A stretch of 64,000 nucleotides of DNA from Candidatus Multivorans sp. (GTDB lineage: Bacteria; Acidobacteriota; Thermoanaerobaculia; Multivoradales; Multivoraceae): contig OZ244152.1 in the NCBI GenBank assembly GCA_965216125.1, positions 4,696,578 to 4,760,577 on the forward strand, in the 5' to 3' direction. The notes beneath the pieces were generated by a model that was not told the origin of the DNA, did not search any database, and was given only the letters and a program-made list of their open reading frames with translations. Position numbers and translations under genes: made by a program. Positions 30,361 through 39,812 of the stretch are shown piece by piece. The number at the start of each line of letters is the position of its first letter. Within the stretch, counting starts at the first letter, position 1.

Positions 30361-33300
30361 GCCAGTTCACCTTCCTCCGGCGCGAATGGGCGTCAGTGTT
30401 CGAGGCGGCGTCGAACGCCGAGGCTGCGGTTCATGCTGACCCACGAACGGCCTGCTTCTACGCCCGCCGCGCCCTCGAGCTTGCGGTGGCCTGGGCCTAC
30501 AAGCACGACGCGGCGCTTCGGTTGCCCTATCAGGACAACCTCTCGGCGCTGATCCACGAGCCGAGCTTCAAGCAGGCCGCAGGCGAGGCGGTGTTCAGCA
30601 AGGCCCGGGTAATCAACACGCTCGGCAACCGCGCGGTGCACAGCCACCGCGCCGTGCCGGAAGCGGACGCGTTGGCGGCGCTGCGCGAGCTCTTCCACGT
30701 GGCCTACTGGTTCGCGCGGACGTACGCCCGCGCCGGAAGACCGGCGCCTGGACTTGCCTTTGATCCGGCGGCGCTGCCCCGGCCCGCGGCGACCGGGCAG
30801 CAGAGTGCGGAACAACTGCGTACGCTTGAGGAAGGGCTCCGGGAGCGCGACGAGAAGCTCGCGACGCTGCTCGCGGACAAGGGCGCGCTCGACGAGGAAC
30901 TCAAGCGCCTGCGGGTCGAGGTGGCCAATGCCAAGCAGGCAGCCGCCGCGCAGCCGGACACCCACGACTACTCCGAAGCGGAAACCCGCGACTACTTCAT
31001 CGACCTGCTGCTGAAAGAAGCCGGCTGGCCGCTCGATCAGGACCGTGACCGCGAATTCGAGGTCAGCGGGATGCCCAATGCCGAAGGCCAGGGCTTCGTG
31101 GACTATGTCCTCTGGGGCGACGACGGCAAGCCGCTCGGTCTCGTCGAGGCCAAGCGCACGCGGCGGGACGCGCGCGTGGGCCAGCAGCAGGCCAAACTCT
31201 ATGCCGATTGCCTGGAGCGCCAGTTTGGGCAACGGCCGATCATCTTCTACTCGAACGGCTACGAGCACTGGATCTGGGATGACAGCCGCTACCCGCCGCG
31301 CCGGGTGCAGGGCTTCTACAAGAAGGCGGAGCTGGAGCTGTTGATCCAACGGCGGGAGACGCGGCGCATTCTCGCGGAGGCCCCGATCAGTCCGGAGATC
31401 GTCGACCGCTACTACCAGACCCGTGCCATCCGCCGCATCGCCGAGGCCTTCGAGCGCGACCACGACCGCAAGGCGCTGCTCGTGATGGCGACGGGTGCTG
31501 GCAAGACGCGCACGGTGATCGCGCTCTCCGACCTGCTCATGCGCTGCAACTGGGCCAAGCGCGTACTCTTCCTCGCCGACCGTGTGGCGCTGGTGAATCA
31601 GGCGGTCAATGCCTTCAAGCGTCACTTGCACGACGCCTCGCCCGTCAACCTGGTCACCGAGAAGAACGCCGAGGGACGCGTCTACGTCTCGACCTATCCG
31701 ACCATGATGGGACTGATCGACGAGGCGAGCGACGGCCAGCGGCGCTTCGGGGTGGGCCATTTCGACTTGGTGATCATCGACGAGGCGCACCGCTCGGTGT
31801 TCCAGAAGTACCGCGCCATCTTGGACTACTTCGACTCGCTGCTGGTCGGGCTCACGGCGACGCCAAAGGACGAGGTGGACCGCAACACCTACGGCCTGTT
31901 CGACCTGGAGGACGGCGTGCCGACCGACGCATACTCCTTGGAGGAGGCGGTGCGCGACGGCTTCCTTGTGCCGCCTAAGGCCGTCTCGGTGCCGCTCAAG
32001 TTCCAGCGCGAGGGCATCAAGTACGACGAGCTGTCGGAAGAGGAAAAGGACCAGTGGGACGCGCTGGAATGGGACGACGACGGCACGGTGCCCGACCGGG
32101 TCGGGGCCGAGGCGGTCAACAAGTGGCTGTTCAACAAGGACACTGTGGACAAGGTGCTTGCGCACCTGATGACCCGCGGCCTCACGGTCGCTGGCGGCGA
32201 CCGGCTTGGCAAGACGATCCTCTTCGCCAAGAACCAGGCCCACGCGGAGTTCATCGCGGAGCGTTTCAACGCCAACTATCCACACTACAAGGGCGAGTTT
32301 GCCCGCGCCATCACCTTCAAGACGGAGTACGCGCAGAGCCTGATCGACAGCTTCTCGAACAAGGAGAAGAACCCACACCTCGCGATCTCGGTAGACATGC
32401 TCGACACCGGCATCGACATCCCCGAGGTCGTGAACCTGGTCTTCTTCAAGCTGGTGCGCTCGAAGACCAAGTTCTGGCAGATGGTGGGTCGAGGAACGCG
32501 GCTCTGTCCCGATCTGTTCGGGCCGGGCCAGGACAAGGAACTGTTCTATCTCTTCGACTACTGCCAGAACCTCGAGTACTTCAGCCAGGACATCCCGGGC
32601 ACCGAGGGGTCGGTCGCCGATTCGCTCGGCAAGCGCTTGTTCAACGGGCGGCTGGAGCTGATCGGTGAGCTGGACCGGGGACACGCCGCCGAGGGGGCTG
32701 CGGTTGGAGAGCCGGCCGCGACCTTCGTCGATCCCCGAACCACCAGAGAAGTTCGCATCGCCACGGCTGAGTTGCTGCAGCGTGAAGTCGCCGCGATGAA
32801 CCTCGACAACTTCGTGGTGAGGCCTCATCGCCGGCTCGTGGAGCGGTACGCAAGACCGGAGGCGTGGACCGCCCTGCCCCCCGAGGCCCTGGCGGAGCTG
32901 TCCGACGAAGTTGCCGGACTTCCCGCAGAAATAGACCAGGAGAACGAGGAGGCGAAGCGTTTCGACCTGCTGGTCTTGAGCCTGCAACTTGCTCTGCTGC
33001 GCTCAGAGTCGAGCTTTGCCCGACTACGCGACCGCGTCGGGCAGATCGTCGGGCTCCTCGAGGAGAAGGCTGCCATTCCGATGGTCCAAGCTCGGATGGC
33101 ACTCATCCAGGACGTCCAGACTGACGAGTGGTGGCAAGACGTCACAGTTCCGATGCTTGAGGGCCTGCGCCGACGGCTCCGTGACCTGATTCAGCTGATC
33201 GACAGGCGCCAGCGAAAGCCCGTGTACACGGACTTCGAGGACCTGATAGGGAGCGAGACCGAGGTCAACCTGGGTAACCTGGTTGGAGGCGCCGACTACG

Positions 33301-33767
33301 ACAAGTTCCTCGTGAAGACGCGGGCTTTTCTGCGGCAGCACCTGGACCATGTCGCGATCCACAAGCTGCGGTCCAACAAGCCTCTGACAGCGAGCGATCT
33401 CGCTGAGCTGGAACGCATGCTTGGCGAGAGTGGGCTTGGTGAGCCGGACGACTTTCGGCGGGCGGCGGAGGAATCGCAGGGCCTGGGTCTGTTCGTTCGA
33501 TCTCTCGTCGGAATGGACCGTGGCGCGGCGAAGGGGGCTATGGCCTCCTTCCTGGCGGGCAAGTCTCCCGCTGCCAACCAGATCGAGTTCATCAATCTGA
33601 TCGTTGACCACTTGACCGAGCATGGCGCCGTCGAACCGGGACGGTTGTATGAATCGCCATTTACCGACCTTACGCCGAGGGGCCCTGACGGGCTCTTCAG
33701 TGCGGCAGATCTGAACGAACTCATGCACGTCCTCGAAGCTGTTCGCACTTCGGCCATGGCGGCGTGA
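30357..33767 (+). CDS. hsdR: Type I R-M restriction subunit (EcoAI/EcoEI-like)
   Basis: RBS GGAGG and GTG start; DUF4145-like N-terminus, VDYVL..VEAKR, MATGAGKT, DEAHRS, TATP, QMVGRGTR and C-terminal LYESPFT. Confidence 0.96.
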   Translation: MSQFTFLRREWASVFEAASNAEAAVHADPRTACFYARRALELAVAWAYKHDAALRLPYQDNLSALIHEPSFKQAAGEAVFSKARVINTLGNRAVHSHRAVPEADALAALRELFHVAYWFARTYARAGRPAPGLAFDPAALPRPAATGQQSAEQLRTLEEGLRERDEKLATLLADKGALDEELKRLRVEVANAKQAAAAQPDTHDYSEAETRDYFIDLLLKEAGWPLDQDRDREFEVSGMPNAEGQGFVDYVLWGDDGKPLGLVEAKRTRRDARVGQQQAKLYADCLERQFGQRPIIFYSNGYEHWIWDDSRYPPRRVQGFYKKAELELLIQRRETRRILAEAPISPEIVDRYYQTRAIRRIAEAFERDHDRKALLVMATGAGKTRTVIALSDLLMRCNWAKRVLFLADRVALVNQAVNAFKRHLHDASPVNLVTEKNAEGRVYVSTYPTMMGLIDEASDGQRRFGVGHFDLVIIDEAHRSVFQKYRAILDYFDSLLVGLTATPKDEVDRNTYGLFDLEDGVPTDAYSLEEAVRDGFLVPPKAVSVPLKFQREGIKYDELSEEEKDQWDALEWDDDGTVPDRVGAEAVNKWLFNKDTVDKVLAHLMTRGLTVAGGDRLGKTILFAKNQAHAEFIAERFNANYPHYKGEFARAITFKTEYAQSLIDSFSNKEKNPHLAISVDMLDTGIDIPEVVNLVFFKLVRSKTKFWQMVGRGTRLCPDLFGPGQDKELFYLFDYCQNLEYFSQDIPGTEGSVADSLGKRLFNGRLELIGELDRGHAAEGAAVGEPAATFVDPRTTREVRIATAELLQREVAAMNLDNFVVRPHRRLVERYARPEAWTALPPEALAELSDEVAGLPAEIDQENEEAKRFDLLVLSLQLALLRSESSFARLRDRVGQIVGLLEEKAAIPMVQARMALIQDVQTDEWWQDVTVPMLEGLRRRLRDLIQLIDRRQRKPVYTDFEDLIGSETEVNLGNLVGGADYDKFLVKTRAFLRQHLDHVAIHKLRSNKPLTASDLAELERMLGESGLGEPDDFRRAAEESQGLGLFVRSLVGMDRGAAKGAMASFLAGKSPAANQIEFINLIVDHLTEHGAVEPGRLYESPFTDLTPRGPDGLFSAADLNELMHVLEAVRTSAMAA

Positions 33768-33788
33768 CGCGCGACGGGTTTGGCCGCG

Positions 33789-34829
33789 CTACTCCAACGG
33801 ATTCGCGGCGATGAACTCGTTGATGATGCGGGCGAGCTCCTCGCCGTGGCTCTCCTGGATGAAGTGGCCCGCGCCTTCGACGGTCACATGAGGCTGGCCC
33901 TGGGCGCCGGGTGCCCGCCGCTGGAACTGTCGCTCGCCGCCGCGTGATACCGGGTCGCTGTCGCCGTAGGCCGTCAGGAGCGGCTTCTCCCAGCGCTCGA
34001 ACACTTCCCAGGCCTTCCGGTTCGCGTCGTTGGCCGGATCGTCGGCGAACACCGGCACCCTTTGGGGCATGACCAGCGCGCCTGCCTTGTAGCTGGGCTC
34101 GGGGAAGGGCGCATCGTAGGCGGCCGTGATCGACGGATCGCCGGTGTTGGTCGCCACCATGCGGCCGGTGGGGATGTCGCCGCGATCGATCATCGCCTGG
34201 TTGGTGCGCTTCCAACGGATGAAGGCGCTGTCTTCGGGTAAGTCCTCAGGGCTGGCCGCTCCGCCCACCGGCAGACCGGTGTTCGACACGACGACGCGCG
34301 CGAAGCGCTCCTCGTTCTCCGCCACCACCCGCAGGCCGATCAGGCCCCCCCAGTCCTGGCCGAAGAAGGTCGCCTGTTGCAGGTCGAGCGCCGCAACGAA
34401 CTCCGTCATCGCGTCGACGTGGAACTTGTAGGTGTGGGTGTCCATGCTCGCCGGCTTGTCCGAGCGCCCGAAGCCGATCAGGTCGGGGACGATGCAGCGA
34501 TGGCCGGCGGCGACCAGGACCGGGATCATCTTCCGAAAGAGGTACGCCCACGTCGGCTCTCCGTGGATCAGCAGAATCGGTTCGCCGTCGGCGGGTCCCT
34601 CGTCGAGGTAGTGGACGCGGTAGCCCTGGATTTGGACGTAGTTGGGCGCGAAGTCGAAGCCCGGCAGGTTCTCGAAACGATCGTCGGGAGTGCGGTACAC
34701 GCCGGGGCGAATCTCCTCGGACTGGGCGGGGGCCGCGGTCATCGCCAGGGCCAGAGCAGCAATGGCAACGACGGCAGCGCCGGCGCCAAGGCTCGCCTTC
34801 GCGACCAGATCTCGTCGTGAGCGCTTCAT
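33789..34829 (-). CDS. Haloalkane dehalogenase with signal peptide
   Basis: RTPDDRFENLP, HGEPTW, PDLIGFGRSDKP, QDWGG, AYDAPFP and AGHFIQE. Confidence 0.92.
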   Translation of the reverse strand: MKRSRRDLVAKASLGAGAAVVAIAALALAMTAAPAQSEEIRPGVYRTPDDRFENLPGFDFAPNYVQIQGYRVHYLDEGPADGEPILLIHGEPTWAYLFRKMIPVLVAAGHRCIVPDLIGFGRSDKPASMDTHTYKFHVDAMTEFVAALDLQQATFFGQDWGGLIGLRVVAENEERFARVVVSNTGLPVGGAASPEDLPEDSAFIRWKRTNQAMIDRGDIPTGRMVATNTGDPSITAAYDAPFPEPSYKAGALVMPQRVPVFADDPANDANRKAWEVFERWEKPLLTAYGDSDPVSRGGERQFQRRAPGAQGQPHVTVEGAGHFIQESHGEELARIINEFIAANPLE

Positions 34830-34941
34830 CTCGCGTCCTCCTTACAGGCCGTCTTCAACTTGTGGAATCTGTGCTCGACTCTACAAGGCGGCCCGCGATG
34901 ACGTATCCTCTCGCCTGCCCCAAGAACGGAGCTGAGCCCAC

Positions 34942-35889
34942 ATGACCCAGAACGGAACCGCAGTACGCCTCTCCGGCGTGCACAAGACGTTCGGCGCCCA
35001 CACCGCGGTCTCCGACTTCGACCTGGAGATCGAGCCGGGCGCCATCTACGGCCTGCTGGGGCCCAACGGCTCGGGCAAGACGACCACGATCCGCATGATC
35101 ATGGGCATCCTCCTGCCCGACAGCGGCGCGGTGGAGCTGTTCGGCGGCGTGCCCAACTTCGCTCGCCGCAGCCGCGTCGGCTACCTGCCCGAGGAGCGCG
35201 GCGTCTACGAGAAGATGAAGGTGCTCGACCAGCTCATCTTCTTTGGCGAGATCCGCGGCGTCTCGCGGGCGCTGGCCCGCACCCGCGCCGAGGGGTGGCT
35301 GGAGCGTCTGGGACTCAGCGAGTGGGCAGCCAAGAAGGTTCAGACCCTGTCCAAGGGGATGCAGCAGAAGGTCCAGTTCATCAGCACGGTGCTCCACGAT
35401 CCTGAGCTCCTCATCCTGGACGAACCCTTCAGCGGCCTCGACCCGATCAACCAGGACGTGCTGGAGCAGATCGTCCGCGAGGAGCAGGAGCGCGGGAAGA
35501 CGATCCTGTTTTCGACCCACCTCATGGAGCAGGCCGAGCGGCTGTGCGAGCGGGTCTGCCTCATCTCGCGGTCTCGCAAGGTGCTCGACGACAACCTCAA
35601 GGACCTGAAACGACGCGAGCGGTCGGGCGTCGTGGCCGTGGAGTTCGAGGGCGAGGCGCCCCAGATCGCATGGCCTGGCGTGTCGGCGGTCGAGCAGGCC
35701 GGCGATGCGCTCCACCTGACCTTGAGCGAAGGGGCGCGGCACGACGAGATTCTGGCCGCGGTGGTGGCTGCGGGAGTCAGCGTACGGAGGTTCGAGCTGC
35801 TCGAGCCCCGCCTGCACGAGATCTTCGTCCGCCACGCCGGAGACCCCGGCGACGACAATGCCCCTGCACAGATGGGAGGTGTTTCGTGA
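34942..35889 (+). CDS. ABC transporter ATP-binding protein (YhaQ/NatA-like)
   Basis: GPNGSGKT, LSKGMQQK and LILDEPFSGLDP. Confidence 0.93.
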   Translation: MTQNGTAVRLSGVHKTFGAHTAVSDFDLEIEPGAIYGLLGPNGSGKTTTIRMIMGILLPDSGAVELFGGVPNFARRSRVGYLPEERGVYEKMKVLDQLIFFGEIRGVSRALARTRAEGWLERLGLSEWAAKKVQTLSKGMQQKVQFISTVLHDPELLILDEPFSGLDPINQDVLEQIVREEQERGKTILFSTHLMEQAERLCERVCLISRSRKVLDDNLKDLKRRERSGVVAVEFEGEAPQIAWPGVSAVEQAGDALHLTLSEGARHDEILAAVVAAGVSVRRFELLEPRLHEIFVRHAGDPGDDNAPAQMGGVS

Positions 35890-37151
35890 AGCAGGTCTGG
35901 TCGGTAGTCCGTCGCGAGTACGTAGAGCGGGTCAAGACGCGGGCGTTCATTCTGTCGACGCTGGGCATGCCCCTGCTGATCATCGGCGTGATGGTGCTGA
36001 GTGTCGTCGTCGGCGCCCTCGCCCAGGGTTCGGAACAGCAGATCGCCCTGGTCGACTTCACCCGGCAGCTCGGCGAACCTGTCACGGAGGCCCTGGAGCG
36101 AGCGGGATACGACATCGAGGTCGCCGACCCCGCCGCAGGTACCGAGGACCTGGACCAGCGGGTGCTCGACGACGAGCTTGAGGCCTACCTCGTGCTCGAC
36201 GACAGGACCGCCAGCGAAGCCTCCTTCATCTACCGCGCGAAGGAGCCTCCGGGCGGGACCCGTTCGCGGCTCATTCGGTCGATCGTCGTCGAGGAGGTCG
36301 TGGACCAACGGCTCAGCCTGATGGAGGACGGCGAGTCGGTCCGGCGACTGTTCGAGGGCGGCGCGCTGGGGTTCGAGCCCGTCGGCATCGACGAGGCCGA
36401 CGTGGAAGAAGCCGAGGTCGAACGCATCACCGGCACGATCACGGGCATCGGAGGCGGCATCATCCTCTACACCATGATGCTCATCTACGGCGCCCAGATG
36501 CTCCAATCCGTGCTCGAAGAGAAACAGAGCCGCGTCGTGGAACTGGTGATCTCGTCCCTCCGCCCCTGGCAACTCATGCTGGGCAAGATCGTGGGCGTGG
36601 GCGCCGTCGGCCTGACCCAGGTAGCCATCTGGATCGGCTGCGTGGCCCTGTTGGCCACCCTGGCGCTGCCCGTTCTCCTCTCCGCGCTGCCGACTACCGA
36701 AGGAGCGAGCGAGGTCCTGCAATACCTGCCGGGCCCCGGCGCCGTGGCGCTGCTCGTCGTTTTCTTCCTGCTCGGCTACTTCCTCTACTCGAGCCTGTTC
36801 GCCGCTGTGGGAGCCATGTGCAGGAACCTGCAGGAGGCCAGCCAGGCACAAACGCCCATCATCATCCTGATCATTGTCCCGTTCGTCCTCCAGATGACGA
36901 CGATCGAGGGCGGCGGGATGCCGTGGATGAACTGGATGGCCCTCTTCCCCTTCTTCAGCCCGATCATGATGTACCCACGGGCCGTGATGGGGACGGTGCC
37001 CTGGTGGATGGTGGGCGCGTCGATGGTGTTGATGGTGCTGACCGTGTGGGGCACATCCTGGGTGGCGGGCAGGATCTACAAGGTCGGCATCCTCAGTCAG
37101 GGCAACCGGCCCAGCCTGCGTGAGTTGGTGAGGTGGGTCAGGCAAGGGTAG
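35886..37151 (+). CDS. ABC-2 permease (YhaP/NatB-like)
   Basis: RREYVERVKT, EEKQSRVVEL, GKIVG and FFLLGYFLYSSLFAAVGA. Confidence 0.92.
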   Translation: MKQVWSVVRREYVERVKTRAFILSTLGMPLLIIGVMVLSVVVGALAQGSEQQIALVDFTRQLGEPVTEALERAGYDIEVADPAAGTEDLDQRVLDDELEAYLVLDDRTASEASFIYRAKEPPGGTRSRLIRSIVVEEVVDQRLSLMEDGESVRRLFEGGALGFEPVGIDEADVEEAEVERITGTITGIGGGIILYTMMLIYGAQMLQSVLEEKQSRVVELVISSLRPWQLMLGKIVGVGAVGLTQVAIWIGCVALLATLALPVLLSALPTTEGASEVLQYLPGPGAVALLVVFFLLGYFLYSSLFAAVGAMCRNLQEASQAQTPIIILIIVPFVLQMTTIEGGGMPWMNWMALFPFFSPIMMYPRAVMGTVPWWMVGASMVLMVLTVWGTSWVAGRIYKVGILSQGNRPSLRELVRWVRQG

Positions 37152-37158
37152 CGAGCCG

Positions 37159-37188
37159 GATGCCGGCGGGGACGCCGGCGCAACCAGT
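37159..37188. repeat. REP-like palindrome, copy 3
   Basis: GAT-GCCGGCGGGGACGCCGGC-GCAACCAGT, between convergent genes. Confidence 0.75.
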
Positions 37189-37205
37189 TTCTGCCGCCCG
37201 CGTTC

Positions 37206-39131
37206 CTAGCCGACAATCGGCGGCATCGGGCAGCTCATCGACGCCGATACCGCCCGCAGAAGCTCGGCCTCTTCCGCGGTGACCTGCCGGTCGGCGGCGA
37301 TGCAGGCCACCGCCGCTTCGAGCACGCGCTTCTTCACTTGCGGCGCGGCCTGGTCCAGATGAACGAGAGCCGCATCGAGCGCGCCGAGACCGCATTCCTC
37401 GTGACGGAGGAGACGCGTCTCGGGGAGCGCGAGCACCCGCCACGCCTGCCCGAACGCGTGCCCTGCCGCTTGCGGATTGCGATCCCCCACGTACGCCAAC
37501 ACCGACATCAACAACGCCAACGGGGACCGCACCGCGCCGACCGAGCTGTACCGCACGCGCGGTCGCCTGGGTCTCCCGAAGTGCCCCTCGAGGTCGCTCA
37601 CCAGAATGCGGTAGAGCGACCATTCGAACAGGTCGATCACCTCGTCCGCTTCGACGGTTGCGACCAGGTTGTGCATGAAGAGCCGGTACTGCGACGGCGT
37701 CAAGGCGCGGAGCGCGGGAAGAGAGAGCTCAAGAAGCGGCAGACGCATCCTCGGGTCGAGCTGCTCGACGAGGGGGGCCAGCTTCACGGTCTCCTCGAAG
37801 ACGCCGCGGTCGGCCGCCGCTTTGAGGTGCGAGAGCTGCACCTGTCTCGGCGCGGGGTCGCGGTCGAGCACGAGCGCGTAGACCACCGCGCGGGCGCCGT
37901 AGGGCTCGCGGGCAGCCTCGACGACCGGCCCGGGCAGGTGCCCGATCAGGTCCGCGGCGTACTCGATGTGCGCGGGGGTCGGCTGCCCGACGTGGCTGAC
38001 GGCGTCCGCGACATTCGGCCCGGCCACGACAGCGGCTTCGCCCCCGGCGAAACCTGCCGCGCCCGGCCCGGCAGCCGCCGCCCGAGCGCCGACGCCCCCG
38101 GCGTCCAACTCCGGAAACTCACCGTCCCAGGAGGGGTCGATGCGCCGGATCCGCTCCTTGAGCGGCGGGTGGGTCGCGAACATCGCGTTGAAGCCGGAGG
38201 TCGCGCGGCCAAAGAACATGTGACTCGCCTGCGGCGCGTTCGGGTTCTTGACCGCCGAGCCGGTCACGAAGCCGCCGATCTTCTTCAGCGCCCCGGCGAT
38301 GCCGGAAGGCTGCCGCGTGAACTGGACGGCCGAGGCGTCCGCCAGGAACTCCCGCTGCCGGCTGACCGCGGCCTTGATCAGGTTGCCGAAGAACGTGCCG
38401 GCGAAACCGATGACCGCCAGGCCGGCGCCGAGCGCAATGATCGGCAATGCGCTCTTGCCGTCTCTCGACCGTCCGCCACCGGTGAAGAACGACATCCGCA
38501 GGACGAAGTAGCCGATCATCCCGATGATCAGGATGCCGTGGAGCAGGCCGATCAGACGGATGTTGAGCCGCATGTCGCCGTTCAGGATGTGGCTGAACTC
38601 GTGCGCGATCACCCCCTGGAGCTCGTCGCGATCGAGCGTGGTCGCCGTCCCCCGCGTGACGCCGATCACCGCGTCTTGGGGGGTCAACCCGGCCGCGAAC
38701 GCGTTGATGCCCTCCTCCTGGTCCAGCAGATAGACGGGCGGCGTCGAGGCGCCGGAGGCGATGGCCATCTCCTCGACCACGTTGAGCAGCCTCCGTTCCA
38801 CCGGATCCGATGTGCCGGTATCCACAAGCCTTCCGCCCAGTTCCTCGGCAATCACCCGACCGCCGCCGCTCAGTTGGGCGATCTTGTACAGGCTGCCTCC
38901 GCCGACGACGACCAGGGTGCCGACGACCGCCAGGATCAGGAGCCGGGGGTCGGCAACGGCCGTCCAGTCGACCTCGCTGGTTTCGGGATCGCGCCCGAGG
39001 TAGCCCATCGCGCCGGCCAACAGCACCTCGATCGAGGCCATGATCGCGAGGACCGCAAGCCCGAAGAGCACCACAAGGCGAACCGTGCTCCGCCTTGCTG
39101 TGTCCTGCCGCTGAAAGAAGTCGGTGGCCAT
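37206..39131 (-). CDS. M48 (HtpX-like) metallopeptidase with C-terminal extension
   Basis: NVVEEMAIASG, INAFAAG, AHEFSH, REFLADA and THPPL. Confidence 0.92.
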   Translation of the reverse strand: MATDFFQRQDTARRSTVRLVVLFGLAVLAIMASIEVLLAGAMGYLGRDPETSEVDWTAVADPRLLILAVVGTLVVVGGGSLYKIAQLSGGGRVIAEELGGRLVDTGTSDPVERRLLNVVEEMAIASGASTPPVYLLDQEEGINAFAAGLTPQDAVIGVTRGTATTLDRDELQGVIAHEFSHILNGDMRLNIRLIGLLHGILIIGMIGYFVLRMSFFTGGGRSRDGKSALPIIALGAGLAVIGFAGTFFGNLIKAAVSRQREFLADASAVQFTRQPSGIAGALKKIGGFVTGSAVKNPNAPQASHMFFGRATSGFNAMFATHPPLKERIRRIDPSWDGEFPELDAGGVGARAAAAGPGAAGFAGGEAAVVAGPNVADAVSHVGQPTPAHIEYAADLIGHLPGPVVEAAREPYGARAVVYALVLDRDPAPRQVQLSHLKAAADRGVFEETVKLAPLVEQLDPRMRLPLLELSLPALRALTPSQYRLFMHNLVATVEADEVIDLFEWSLYRILVSDLEGHFGRPRRPRVRYSSVGAVRSPLALLMSVLAYVGDRNPQAAGHAFGQAWRVLALPETRLLRHEECGLGALDAALVHLDQAAPQVKKRVLEAAVACIAADRQVTAEEAELLRAVSASMSCPMPPIVG

Positions 39132-39154
39132 TGGGCCGCGCGAAACGCCCTCAG

Positions 39155-39763
39155 CTACTCGAACGACACGGTTGGCGCTTCGGCGATCGCCTCGCTGTCG
39201 AACTCGAGCAGCGTGGCGTCCTTCCCGTGACCGAACATCCCGGCGATCATCACGGCCGGGAACCTCTGCTTGTAGGTGTTGTAGAGCGTCACGGTGTCGT
39301 TGAAGGCCTGGCGCGCGAAGGCGACCTTGTTCTCCGTCGAGCGCAGTTCCTCGCTGACCTGCATCATGTTCTGGTTCGCCTTCAGGTCCGGGTAGCTCTC
39401 GGCCAGCGCGAACAGACGGCCGAGCGTGCCGGTGAGGACGCCTTCGGCCGAGGCGAGACCCTGGATCGCCGCCGCATCACCTGGATCCGCGGCCGCCTGC
39501 TCCAGTCCACCGGCCGCCATGTTCCGGGCCTGAATCACCGCTTCAAGCGTTTCCCGCTCATGCTTCATGTAGCCCTTCGCCACCTCAACCATGTTCGGGA
39601 TCAGGTCGTAGCGTCGCTTGAGCTGCACCTCGATCTGCGCGAACGCGTTCTGGTAGCGGTTCTTCAGCGTGACCAGCTTGTTGAACGTCCCGATCATCGA
39701 CCCGCCAAGAACAATGGCGAGGAGGGCCAGGCCGGCCAGAACCACGATGACGAAAATGCTCAT
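39155..39763 (-). CDS. lemA: LemA family protein
   Basis: QLKRRYDLIPN, YPDLKAN and ENKVAFARQAFN. Confidence 0.95.
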   Translation of the reverse strand: MSIFVIVVLAGLALLAIVLGGSMIGTFNKLVTLKNRYQNAFAQIEVQLKRRYDLIPNMVEVAKGYMKHERETLEAVIQARNMAAGGLEQAAADPGDAAAIQGLASAEGVLTGTLGRLFALAESYPDLKANQNMMQVSEELRSTENKVAFARQAFNDTVTLYNTYKQRFPAVMIAGMFGHGKDATLLEFDSEAIAEAPTVSFE

Positions 39764-39812
39764 GAGCTGCCTCCGCTAGAGGGGCCGGTAGTTGACCCGA
39801 TCCCGGATGCTG